A stretch of DNA of 64,000 nucleotides from Gekko japonicus (Eukaryota), in NCBI RefSeq assembly GCF_001447785.1, contig NW_015173138.1, forward strand, positions 546,176-610,175, given 5' to 3'. Position numbers and translations under genes: made by a program. Position 1 is the first letter of the stretch. Each line of letters starts with the position of its first letter. A model generated the notes under the pieces. The model worked only from the letters and a program-made list of their open reading frames with translations. It was not told the DNA's origin and did not search any database. This document shows, in pieces, positions 39,801 through 51,800 of this stretch.

Positions 39801-42800
39801 GTTACAGTTTTCATGTTGTGTTCGTGTGTGCCGTTATTAGGGCAAGAATTCCTGTAATTGTAATCTGGATCGAGGTGGTGTGGCGGTACTCCTGTTGTTA
39901 GATCTGTCGGCCGTGTTTGACACGGTCGACCATCAGCTGCTGACTCACCGCCTCGCCGACTTGGGGATCCAGGGGCTGGCCTTGCAATGGCTTGCTTCCT
40001 TTCTCCAGGGTCGGGGACAAAGTGTGGCGCTAGGGGAACAGCAGTCCAGGAGACACCCACTGGAATGTGGTGTGCCTCAAGGGGCAGTGCTGTCCCCGAT
40101 GTTATTTAACATCTATATGTGCCCCCTTGCCCAGATTGCCCGGAGGCACGGGCTGGGTTGCCATCAGTACGCTGATGATACCCAGCTCTATCTGATGTTG
40201 GATGGCCAGTCGGACTCCAGACCGGAAGATCTGGACCAGGCTTTACAAGCCGTGGCTGGATGGCTCAGGCTGAGCTGGCTGAGACTGAATCCGGCGAAGA
40301 CGGAGGTCCTGTGCCTGAGTCAGAGTGGTTCGGGGGTGGGATTCCCATTCCTGACCTTCGGTGGGGCACCATTGGTGCCAGCGTCGGAGGTTAGGAGTTT
40401 GGGAGTGCTCCTGGGTGCCTCCTTAACAATGGAGGCCCAGTAGCAGCCACTGCAAAATCGGCCTTTTACCACCTTTGGCTGATTCGGCAGTTGGCTCCCT
40501 TCCTCGGCAGTGATGACCTGGCTACAGTGACCCATGTGATGGTTACCTCGAGACTAGACTATTGTAACGCTCTCTACATGGGGCTGCCCTTGTCGCAAAT
40601 CTGGAGGCTGCAGTTAGTGCAGAACGCCGCAGCCAGGCTGGTGACAGGCCTCCCTAAATGGGAGCACATCCAGCCTGTGCTGAAGGCACTGCACTGGCTG
40701 CCAATAGCATACCGAATCCGCTTCAAGGTGCTGGTATTGACCTTTAAAGCCCTATATGGCCAGGGTCCGACATACCTGCAGGATTGCCTTTCCCCATATA
40801 TACACCAGTGAGCACTACAGTCAGGAACACAACATCGACTGACTGTTCCTGGCCCTAAGGATGCCAGGCTTGCGGCCACCAGGGCCAGGGCCTTTTCAAT
40901 GGTGGCTCCACACTGGTGGAATGAGTTCCCAGAAGAGATCAGGGCCCTGCGGGACCTTTTGCAGTTCCGCAGGGCCTGCAAGATGGAGCTCTTCCACCAA
41001 GCTTTCAATTAGGAGCCGCCATTCCTCCTCCTCCACCACCAAGATCAGTGATTTTGGGTTGACTCTGGTCCCGGGGAGGGTTTGCTTTATATTATCGCAC
41101 CAAGCTGAAGATCATCGTCGCCGATAAAAATGGTTAGTGCGCCATCTGACTCATTCAATGATTACCATCAAAGAGTACCATCACTAGCACTTTAATTTTT
41201 AAATGTTGGACTGTTTTTAATGCTTAATGTTGTGGTTGTAAGTTGTTTAAATTTTGTACATGGTTTTTATGGTACAGGGTACCAATTACTGTAAGCCGCC
41301 CTGAGCCTGCTTGTGGGGAGGGCGGGGTATAAATAATAAATAAATAAAGAATTGTACTCTGAAACTTTGACAGAAGGGCCAAACCTGGTGGGGCTAACTT
41401 CTCTTCAGCATGAACTTCAGACCTCAGTGAAACTTTTGTTTTTGATGAGAATCCAGATCCAGAGGCACTGAAATAACAGAGGGGACATCTTCAGTTCCTT
41501 GAGCTGGTCTTCATTTGTAGTTAGTCTGATAATGCACAATAATGAAAGTTTTATTTTTTGAATGACGGCATTAGGAATTATTTCTCCAGGGAGTTGAAGT
41601 TTTCATCAGCAGACTTGGAGACCCTCCAGAAGTCTTAGGTTGGATTCAGACATCATATCATAAACAGTCAGGAGTTTGTTTATGATTTGCACAAATTTGG
41701 TTAATTGTGGGGCTTTTGTGTGCCATCTCCCCCTACATGGCACACTGAAACGGAAGACAGAAGTCTTTCACTAATTCTGAATGTGGGTGCCTTAACAAAT
41801 TGAAGCTAGTTGCTTTCCCAGTAACCAGTATTCCAAACCTAGTTAAGAGTGCAATCCTAAGCAGGTCTCCTCGGAATCCTACTCAAGTCTGTTCAGTGAG
41901 GCATATTCCCGGGAAGGTGATTTTAGAGATGGTACTGCAAGAACCCTTCCAGCTGAGAAACAGGCACCTTCAGTTTGTTAAGGCCCTGCATTTGAACATA
42001 ACAAAGAAGAGGATCTTGATTAAAAACTTGCATCTTCAATCTTGGCACCCATGCAAGGGGAGGGTGTGTGTGTGTGTGTAGAAGCCCAACACGTCCAGTG
42101 TGAACAGACTCCAGATTCAGAAGGGTGCTTTGTCTCTTGAAAGCATATGCCCTGGAAACCTTAAGGTGCTACTGGACTCTTAATCAAACCCCAGTTTGTA
42201 CATGATGTCTGAGTGCAACTGCGGTGTCAGGGGAAGAGGATCTAGCTCAATCTTCTGCCTGACTTGAGCTCTATATGTTCAGAAATGTTTCAGTTTCAAG
42301 GAGCACTCAACTACCTGAGCTCCCGTCTGCAGTCTGACGTGGTGTAACCCAAACGGGTTTATCATCTCTGTGAGCAGCGAGTTCTGGTTTGCTCTTATGT
42401 TTGCCTTAGCTGGAGAGCAACACAGTGATCCAGTTTCCGCTGGCCTAATGTTTATTGAGGTGAAGGTGTTTAATCTGCTAATGCCAAAAGCTGAGTCCAG
42501 ATTAGTGTTGGTAATCTTCTGGTTGCTTCGTGTCTTTGGATGAGAGCATAAGAGACAGTCTGGCTTCAGGCACGATGTCTGAAGACAAGCTGTTAGGCTA
42601 TTTGCTTTGCTTTCAAACGGTTGCAACTACCCAGACATTTGATTTTGTCCTTGTGATAAAAATACTCATAATAATTTAGAAAGTTGATTAGACAACATCC
42701 ATCCCAGTAAAACAGGATGCTCAGGAATATCTTGGAGCTATTTGCGTAATGGCCCCTGACATTTGAAGAAAGACAGTTTTCATAAATCACAGAAGTCAGG

Positions 42801-45800
42801 CCAAACAGTTCTGTTTATCGTAGACTTGCCGTGGTTTTATTTCATGAAATAAGCAGTCTTTCGTGCCCAGGATCAGACTGGGTAAGCTCTTAAATAGCAT
42901 GGAGATAAAATTTATTTCGATTTCTTTCCTGGTCTGTCACAAGGGCTCTGGGAAGATTCTAATTAGTCTGGGTTTTTCCCCCTACAACACAGTCAATCAG
43001 TGTAGCACCCCCCCTCCCCAATGCCCCAGCTCTGAATAAACATAAATAACTCTTTGGAACAGGAAAGAAGGAAGCAAGCAAGCAAGAGAAGAAGGAATGA
43101 AAAATGACTGAGGAAATGTATCTGTATCTGTTTATTTTTGAAGAACAAACTTAACTCCTTATTAAACCTCATCTCCCCTGTGTCACACAAATTCAGTTGC
43201 CACTGCTCATTTAAATTTTTCCCCTTGCTGCACAGTTTCTGGTTGCACATTAGAATAAACTCAGATACATCTGTTTATTTAAAATGGGTTAGGCTGGGGC
43301 AGGGCAGTGGTACTTGCTTAAGGCTATCTGCTTTTTTGATGGCTGTGGAAGCATTTGGATTTTTGAATCTGGATTGGAAACTGTGTCAGAGCCTAACACA
43401 AAGGCTGCATTTTCCAAAGGTGACTGTTGGTCTGTGGCCAGTTGAAGGAAAACGAAACCTTATTGGAACCATGTAGAAGACGTGGGTGCTGGTGCTGCAG
43501 CTGGTGATGCTTTGAGCCTGTCACTCTTAGAGCCAAACTGGATGTTATGGCAACCATGGATCTGATCTAGGGCCAGCGAGGCTATTTTAGAGAAGGATTT
43601 GGCCATTCAGAAATGCTGCGAGGTCCTGGGCCCACAGCACAGTGGGACCAGGAGATCTTGTTGGACAGTTTTTCGGCACTTCGTACCATTGCAGCATATA
43701 TAAATTCTCTAAAATGGGTTGGACCTGTGGCTGCTGAAGTGTCTGGTTTGGCCCATAAGCTCTTAGCATTCTATGCCCTGAGTTTACTATTTCTCCCCTT
43801 CCTGTCCTATCGTGGAAAACAGGGGAAGGACACAGGTTTGGTGTGTGCTGTGGGCTTAAAGGGTATGTTTTTGTCCAGTGTCTATTTATTTTATTTTTAT
43901 TTATTTATTTATATTTGGATTTATATCCCGCCCTACCCCGAAGGCTCAGGGCAGCTGACAAGGGCACCATGTGCCAAGGTTACAACAATAAACACATAAT
44001 TTAAAAACAATAAATTACAATAAAATACAGTAACAAATTTGCAATACAGATTTAACCAAGATGGGTAGATCTTAACCTCCATAGCAGCTCCCTGAGATCT
44101 TATCATCCAATCCGTGCCCAGGCACCTCGCTCCCCCCGTAGGGACCAAACAATCATGATGGTAATACGACAGTGCACAGGAGGTGGAGGTGGAATAGTGG
44201 TGGCGGCGGCTCCTACTTAAAGGCCTGGCGGAAGAGCTCCGTCTTGCAGGCCCTGCGGAACTGAGAAAGGTCCCGCAGGGCCCGGATCTCTTTCGGGAGC
44301 TCCTTCCACCTGGTATGAGCCGCCACCGAAAATGCCCTGGTCCTGGTCACCGCAAATTTAACATCTCTAGCGCCTGGAAATTCCAGGAGATGACGCCCCC
44401 CTGACCGTAGTGCCCTTGGGGGAACATATGGAGAAAGGTGGTCCCTCAGGTAGGCAAGTGCTTCTGTGTATTTGTGGGGAAAATAAGTTTGATGTGCCAC
44501 TTGTACTCCGGATAAGAGGCCACTGTTAGGACAGGATATGGAGAAACAGAATGGCTTCCAGTTGGCAAAGGTGTCAGAGGAGGATGTATTTTAGCTCCCT
44601 GTTTCTTTTATGTGTATGCAGAACATATCATAAGGAAAGATGGATTAGATTTAGATGAAGGTGGACTGAAAATGGGTGGAAGGAACACTAACAATTTGAG
44701 ATATGCAGATGATAGCACATTATTGGCAGAAAACAGTGAAGACATGAAACGACTACTGATGAAAGTTTAAGCAGGAAGTGCCAAAGGAGGATTACAGCTG
44801 AACATCAAGAAGACAAAAGTAATGACTACTACAGAATTACAGAATTTAAAGGCAGACGATGAAGAAACTGAAATTGTTCAAGATTTTCTGTTCCTCAGGA
44901 GGAGGTTGAAACTGGGAAGGGCAGCCGTGAAGGAGCTAGAAAAGATCCTTAAGTTAAAGGATGTGTCACTGGCAACCAGGATCAAGTTAGTTCATGCCAT
45001 AGTATTCCCCATTACTATGTATGGGTGTGAAAGTTGGACAATGAAGAAAGCTGACAGGAAGAAAGAAATATGAAGAAGAAGAGATTGGATTTATACCCCG
45101 CCCTTCACTACCTGAAGGAGTCTCAGAGCAGTGTACAATCCCTTGCCCTTCTCCTCCCCGCATCAGACACCCTGTCAGGTAGGTGGGGCTGAGAGAGCTC
45201 TCTCAAGAACTGCCCTTGCGAGAACAGCTCTGAAAGAACTTATAACTGACCCAAGGTCACACCAGCAGCTGCATGTGGAGCAGCAGGGAATCAAACCCAG
45301 TTCTCCCAGATTAGAGTCCACACTCCTAACCACAACACCAAACTGGCTCTCTGTTGGAGGACAGTTTTACAGATGGTCCGTTGAAAAGACAAAAAGTAGG
45401 TTCTAGACTAAATCAAGCCTGAACTTGCTCCCCTAGAAGCCTAAATGACTAAACTGAGGCTATCGTACTTTGGTCATATTATGAGAAGACAAGAGTCACT
45501 GGAAAAGACAACAATGTGAGGGAAAGTTAAAGGCAGCAGGAAAAGAGGAAGACCCAACATGAGAAGGATTGACTTCATCAAGGAAGCCATGGCCCTCCGT
45601 TTTCAAGGCCTCAGAATGACTCTTAACGATAGGACATTTTGGAGGACATTAATTTATAGGGTTACTATAAGTCGGAAGCGACTTGCCGGCGCTTAACATT
45701 TAATGCACAGAACATGGCATGATCTGGTGGAGGGTCTCCAAGTCTCTGAAAAAAAAGATCTTTTTTTTTCTTTTTTGGTTTGTCAAGTTGCAGCTGGCTT

Positions 45801-48800
45801 CTGACAAACCTGTAGGGTTTTCGAGGCAAGAGACTGAGGTGGTTTGCCATTGCCTTCCTCTGAGTCACGACCCTGGTATTCCTCAGTGGTCTCCCATCCA
45901 TCCCAGCAGGACTGAGATCTGACAAGATGGGGCTAGCCTGAGCTATCTGGGTCAGGACAAGAAAAGATAACTGGCAAGGAATTGCGATCTCAGGAGGCAG
46001 TCTCATTGTCTAAGAAAACATGATATTTTAATGTGATGTGTGTGTGTGTGCGCACATGTGTGAATTGAGAATAAACAAGGGCCCCAGGTTGGCTCAGCAG
46101 AGAATTGCGTTGTGGCTCGTTGGGTTGGATTGCATAGAAAAGAAATAGCGATTTGGTGGTTGGGTGAGTTTTTAAGAACGATGTCTTAAAAAAAAAAAAA
46201 AGGAACGTTTTTGTTTGGCTTTTTAAAAAGAAAATCATTATCAGCCAGGACTCTGCATGAGGGGAAACGATCCAGTCCCTTCGGCTGTAGTGTATTCAGT
46301 AGCATTTGTAACCCTTTCCATTCTTACCCAGACTTCGATGATTGCAAGATGTGGGGTGTCTGTGACCAAGGATGTGAAGATCGTGTTGGCCACCATCAGT
46401 GTCACTGTGCAGAAGGATACGTCCTTGAGCATCACCGTCACTGCCGAGCCAATACCTCATGTAAGTCAGTAGCTCCAGAAGCTGAATTTCCCTGAGCGAT
46501 CCTTTAAAAGCTTACATGATCTTGTCAGACTGCAGCAGCTTGAAGGGCATTTATATGCTTGTGATAAATGGAGTGCCCTTGAGTATCATGCAGGCATGCT
46601 TAATACCCTGCAGTGCCTCCCAGCGTTCTGTCCTAAGCAGCAGAAGCAGAGTCATGCTAGAGGAAGGCCCTGTCTCTCCCCTTTCAATGCAGCCTTCTGT
46701 GCCTCTTGAAACGACAGTCCTTTAGGTCAGTGGACCTGAAGATATTGTGTGGAGGGCAAATTGAGACTTTTAAGTGGGGTGGTATTGGAAAAGCCTTCTC
46801 ATCCACTACAAACAGAAAAGCTGATCTGTCAGAGGAACTGTTGCAGCCACAATTGAATGGCACTTTAGGATCGAGGCCAGAACATGTCCCCCAGTTTTCC
46901 TGTCAAACCAGTTCCTTTGGTTTGCTTAAAAGGGATGGTATAACTTTCCACTAGTCAGTTATGACAGTGAGCAAAATCTACCCTGAATTAAGCACTTCTA
47001 AGTGTCATTGACTTCCATGTAGAATCACAGAATCATAGAACTGGAAGGAGCCATACAGGCCTTCTAGTCTAACCCCTTGCTCAGTGCAGGATCAGCCTAA
47101 AGCACCCCTGAGAAGTGTTTGTCCAGCTGCTGCTAGAGGACTATGGAGTGTGAGCAATTTAAGCATGATTGTAACACCACCATTGAAATGAATGATTTTT
47201 AAAGTGCTTAATTTGGGATGGAATTGCCTAGTCTTAAAATGAAATTAATAGATTTTTCTTAGCATTTTTACATATACATTAGTTATCAGTAGTGTTGTAG
47301 GGGAATTTTACAGCATTATCCCAAGTAGACTTATACCCTAATAGTCCCATTGAATTCTCTGGATTTAGAAGGCTGTAATTCTGCTTAGGATGGTCTTAGA
47401 TGGCAATGTATACTTCAAATGTGAAACTACAGCTGAATATGTGAAGGCTGGGGTGGGCATTTGGATTCTCTCCCCCCCCCCCAGGTTTTCTGATGGAAAA
47501 ATTGAAATATAAGGTATCATTTTTTAAAAAAAACTTTGGTGAATGTGTTTTCTCTTTTGGAATGAGTGAAATGCTTTCTAAGATAAGGTTTTACTAATTC
47601 GAAAGGTCCACAGTAATATGATGGGTTTTTTCCTGTAGGACCAGGGCTGACATCAGCATACCCTGAGATAGGGCAGCTGCCAGGGCCTGGGTCTTCTGCC
47701 AGGGCCCACAGCTGCTGACCACTCCCCGTACCTGCCCTGCCACCTGCCTGTACACCCTTCACCATCTGCTCACTTGTGAACACTTTCCATGCACACTGCA
47801 GCTAAAGTCCAGCTGTGCTTCCCGGCATAGTTGGGACAGGGTGTATGGGTGGGACACAGCAGCAGTGTGCCTAGCTGCACACTACCCAACACTGTCGGGA
47901 AAAGGGAGTGTTCAGATTCTATTGTGAGCGGGAGGGCTCATGAACAGATGGCAGAAGTCCATGGAGGCAGGTAGGAGGGCAGATGGTGGATTAGAAGGGA
48001 GGTGTCTGAGCAGGGAGCCTGGTGGGGGTAAGGAGAGGAGAGGGGGCCATTCGGTATTCTCTGACCAGGGCCCTCCAAAACCTAGAACCCGCCTGTGTAA
48101 GACAACCTACAGCTTTAGACAATGATAGTTCCTGTGTATACAGTAGAAATATACATCATCTTTTCAAGGATATGTTTGTTTAAATGTGAGCAATTTTGTC
48201 CGTTCTTAATATGCTGTGTTGTTGTGTAGGATTAATGCACCACTGAAGCATTTGCCATCTCCCATATTATAAAGGTGATGCCTAAATTTCGTGCTTGTTC
48301 TTTTGTGACTGCATGAAATGTCTCTGTCCCAAGAATACCCTAATGGTAACTGCAGCTGGAAAGAATGGGGAACTTTTAAATTCTTTCTCCCCAGGGCCAT
48401 TTTTCTGCTGAAAATCCCCAGTGGGGAAGTTTAATGTTTCGCCATAGGCTGTCCCTGGCAAGCCAGTTGTCAGCTGGGTGTGGAATTATCAGCAGGAGAA
48501 TGGGGTAACAGGAATGTGACCAAGCAGGTTCTCTTCCCTTCCACTGGTCTTCTGCTTCAAATTGTAGTCCCGCTAGCTACATTGTCCTGTATTAAAATTA
48601 TAAAAGCAATAATAAAAAGAATCATGAAACTTTACCTCATGTGTAATTCTGCCCAGACACCCAGTTTACAGGTTGCACTGGAAGTGAAGAGTGTTGCCAC
48701 AATCTCTAACTATATGTGTACTTCTCTGTGTGGTAGTTTGTCTGAATGGTGTTGGCTCTGATTATAATCACATGTGGGAAACTAGAAAATGAATACTTTT

Positions 48801-51800
48801 CTGGACATAGATACAGTTGGGTTGACTTTTATGGGCACTCATTTGTGCAGGCTAGCAAGTTTCCAGGTAGGCATTTAGGTCTTTGCTTACAACCATACTA
48901 CAATTGTAATACAGCCATTGGTCTGTTATACTAAGATTGTCATGTAATCCATAAAGAGCTAGATTTTAGACAGTTTATGCAGTAGGTATACTTTTATATT
49001 TGATAGTCTGGTCATACTCGGTTGACTAGCACTGTTCACTATTGGACATCCTTTTTATAAGTTGCCAATTAATGTCCATTTGGCTAACCTGGGTCAGATC
49101 CTACAGGTCCCTTTCACGGAGTAAGGGCTGTATCTCCAGTGAGAGAACAGTGTCTCTTGGGGAGCCTTGCACAGTTTTCCTCCAGCTCGAGGGGCTGCAG
49201 TCAGAAAGTCAGGGTCTTGCTTTTATCATCAACCCTGGCTTGAGAGGAAGTAGTGTCGTTTCAGTAGCTGGTAACCTCAGAAATGGAGAAGAGGGGGTTT
49301 ATACTCACCCAGTGCCTCCTTCTCCTCTCTGCTCTTGCCTGCTCTGGCCCTTCCGTGAGCTGCAGTGAAGGTTCAGTTACAGAGCAGTTAGCTGCATAGT
49401 TCCTGTAGATAACCATGAGCACTGGTAAGATTCTGATATCTTACCAGAAATCAGGTTCCGCTCATCGTTCACTGGTAAACTCTGCAGATGCCATGCTTTG
49501 TGCCATATTGCAGTGACGGCTTAGGATGCAGTCTGATGCAGAGGCTTCATTGGTGCACTGTTATTGATTGTCCACATGGGCTGCAAAGTCGCCTCCTTGC
49601 TGATTGCATAGGCTCCAAGCCCAGACACAGAAACTGGTGAACAATCAGTCACAGCTTTCCCCACCATCTGGTTGCAGGCCTTCCACAAGCTCTGCTGCTG
49701 GTATCAGCAGAAAAGCACCAAGTCACACTTCTTTTGTTAGTACTCTGTAGGATCAAGCATATATTATATCAGTTGTCCCCAACACGTAGCCTGTGGGCAC
49801 CTTTTCTGGCACTTGCCAAGCATTTTCAGGAAGTAAGCGGATCCAGGTGGGGTTTGTTCTGATTCTCTGTGGAAAAAATATTGTTTCCAGCAGTGGAAAT
49901 CACAGCACAAAAGATTTTCTTTGAGGAATGTAAGATACACTGGACCTTATCCTCTTTCCCACCTGTTGGGGGGTATGTGTTAGGGTTCTTTTCCTACCAA
50001 GCAGCAGCATCCGAGAGGAAAGGAGGCTAACTAGCTTGAAGAGAAGGGGAAGCTCTGCCTCTTCCGGCAGCCATGTTGTGCTTGTGTCCATCACCTCATG
50101 TCACAATCTGAAGGTGCCCACAGGTTCAAAATAGCTGGCGACCCCTGTATTATATCCATGTCTTCTATACTTTCAGCGGGAGTTGCTTCAATTATTTTTT
50201 CCAATGGCCGCGATTTGCTGGTTGGAGATGTTCATGGAAGGAGTTTTCGAACCTTGGTACAGTCTTGGAATCGTGGAGTGGCTGTTGGCGTGGACTTCCA
50301 CTTTCAGCTGCGCAGGGTATTTTGGACCGATACAGTGCAAGATAAAGTAAGTCAAGCAAAATGGCATTCTTGGAAGTAGAAGGATCCAAGAGCAAGGATG
50401 TGTTGATAACCTTTCATTTCTGTGAACAGATGCACGGCCTTTCTTTGTTTTCCAACAAAAACGAACTTTGAGATGGTCTTGCGATAATTACCATATTTTG
50501 CAAGCTATGCTCTTACATGTAATACATCAAACAAAGCATGCCATTATATGGCACTCTCTTGAGCAACTCTGGATATTATTGGAAATGGAGTCCAAAAACC
50601 TAATTAAGAGAAATAGTAGACATTCTTTCAAACCTGGATGTATTTCTCTTTGTAATTTCTTGACATTTGATCATTTCAAATGTGAAAGTTCTGTGTTCTC
50701 CAAGAAGATAAAAATCAGATAAAGTATATTACAGATAATTGAGCACTGGGTAAGCAATATTGACAGCCTTATGTACTATGTGCCAATACTTTGTTCATTT
50801 TTTTGCTTTTAATCTTTGAATATCTCTGCTGTCGCTCTGTGGGGTGAGGGGTGAGTTTCCTCTCAGCTTGTTAACTTGTATGGCACTCTGAGTTCTTTTC
50901 AGGACTCCAGGGGCATGATATCCTACAGTAACAGATCTTGCTTCTGCCTCGCGTGTCTTGGTGAAGATCTCAGTGTTGGTCCTTGTGTGGTCTGCCAGGG
51001 GGTTTTGCTGGAAATTTACACAGAAGCCATTAGGAGAAATCTGGACTTAAAACACTCTTTGGGGAAAGTTACAAACATTTCATTAAATGAGTATCAGCAC
51101 ACAAATATCAATGCTAAATTTGAGTTGTTAGGATACATTGGTAAATTAAGCCCTCTTAACAGGAACTTACAGGAGGTGCCATAAGAAAGTCTGTCAGGGT
51201 TGCAAGAGAGATTAACATAATCTTATTTTTTTGTGGAACACTTGCTCAGAGGCCTCTGTTATCACTAAGACTCAGGGGCATATCCACAGTCCTTAAAACT
51301 ATGGCTGGGGCAGTTCTTACCTACCATAATTGATGCAACTTAATAATGATTCACAATGGATAGAATTGTGAAGGAAGTTCAATGAATATTACATCATGTA
51401 GCTAGTCAGTCAGTCAAATAGTTTATTGTATATAGCTATAGGCAATTACAGGTTGAGAAGCCACATAACACAGTGATAAATGTAAAACTAGAATATATAA
51501 AAAATTGTGATTAAAACAGATTAAAACTTGACAGACTACAGTTTCAAGAAACCACCATCAACAATACCCTCTCAGACCTTAACTTCTTTGCTGCAAATGC
51601 AAACAGAGAGACTCTGTAGGATACATATGCATTTATGACGAACCGCTGTATCTCCCCAACTGTGTGGCAGATTTTTCCCTCTGCCAGATCTTCAGTTACC
51701 GTCAGTGACTGAGTTGCCCTACAGTAGCGTGTATATATTCTTTGTCATAAAAGACTTGACTGTTCCACCCTGTTTAGATATTTAGTTTAGGCTTTTTCTC

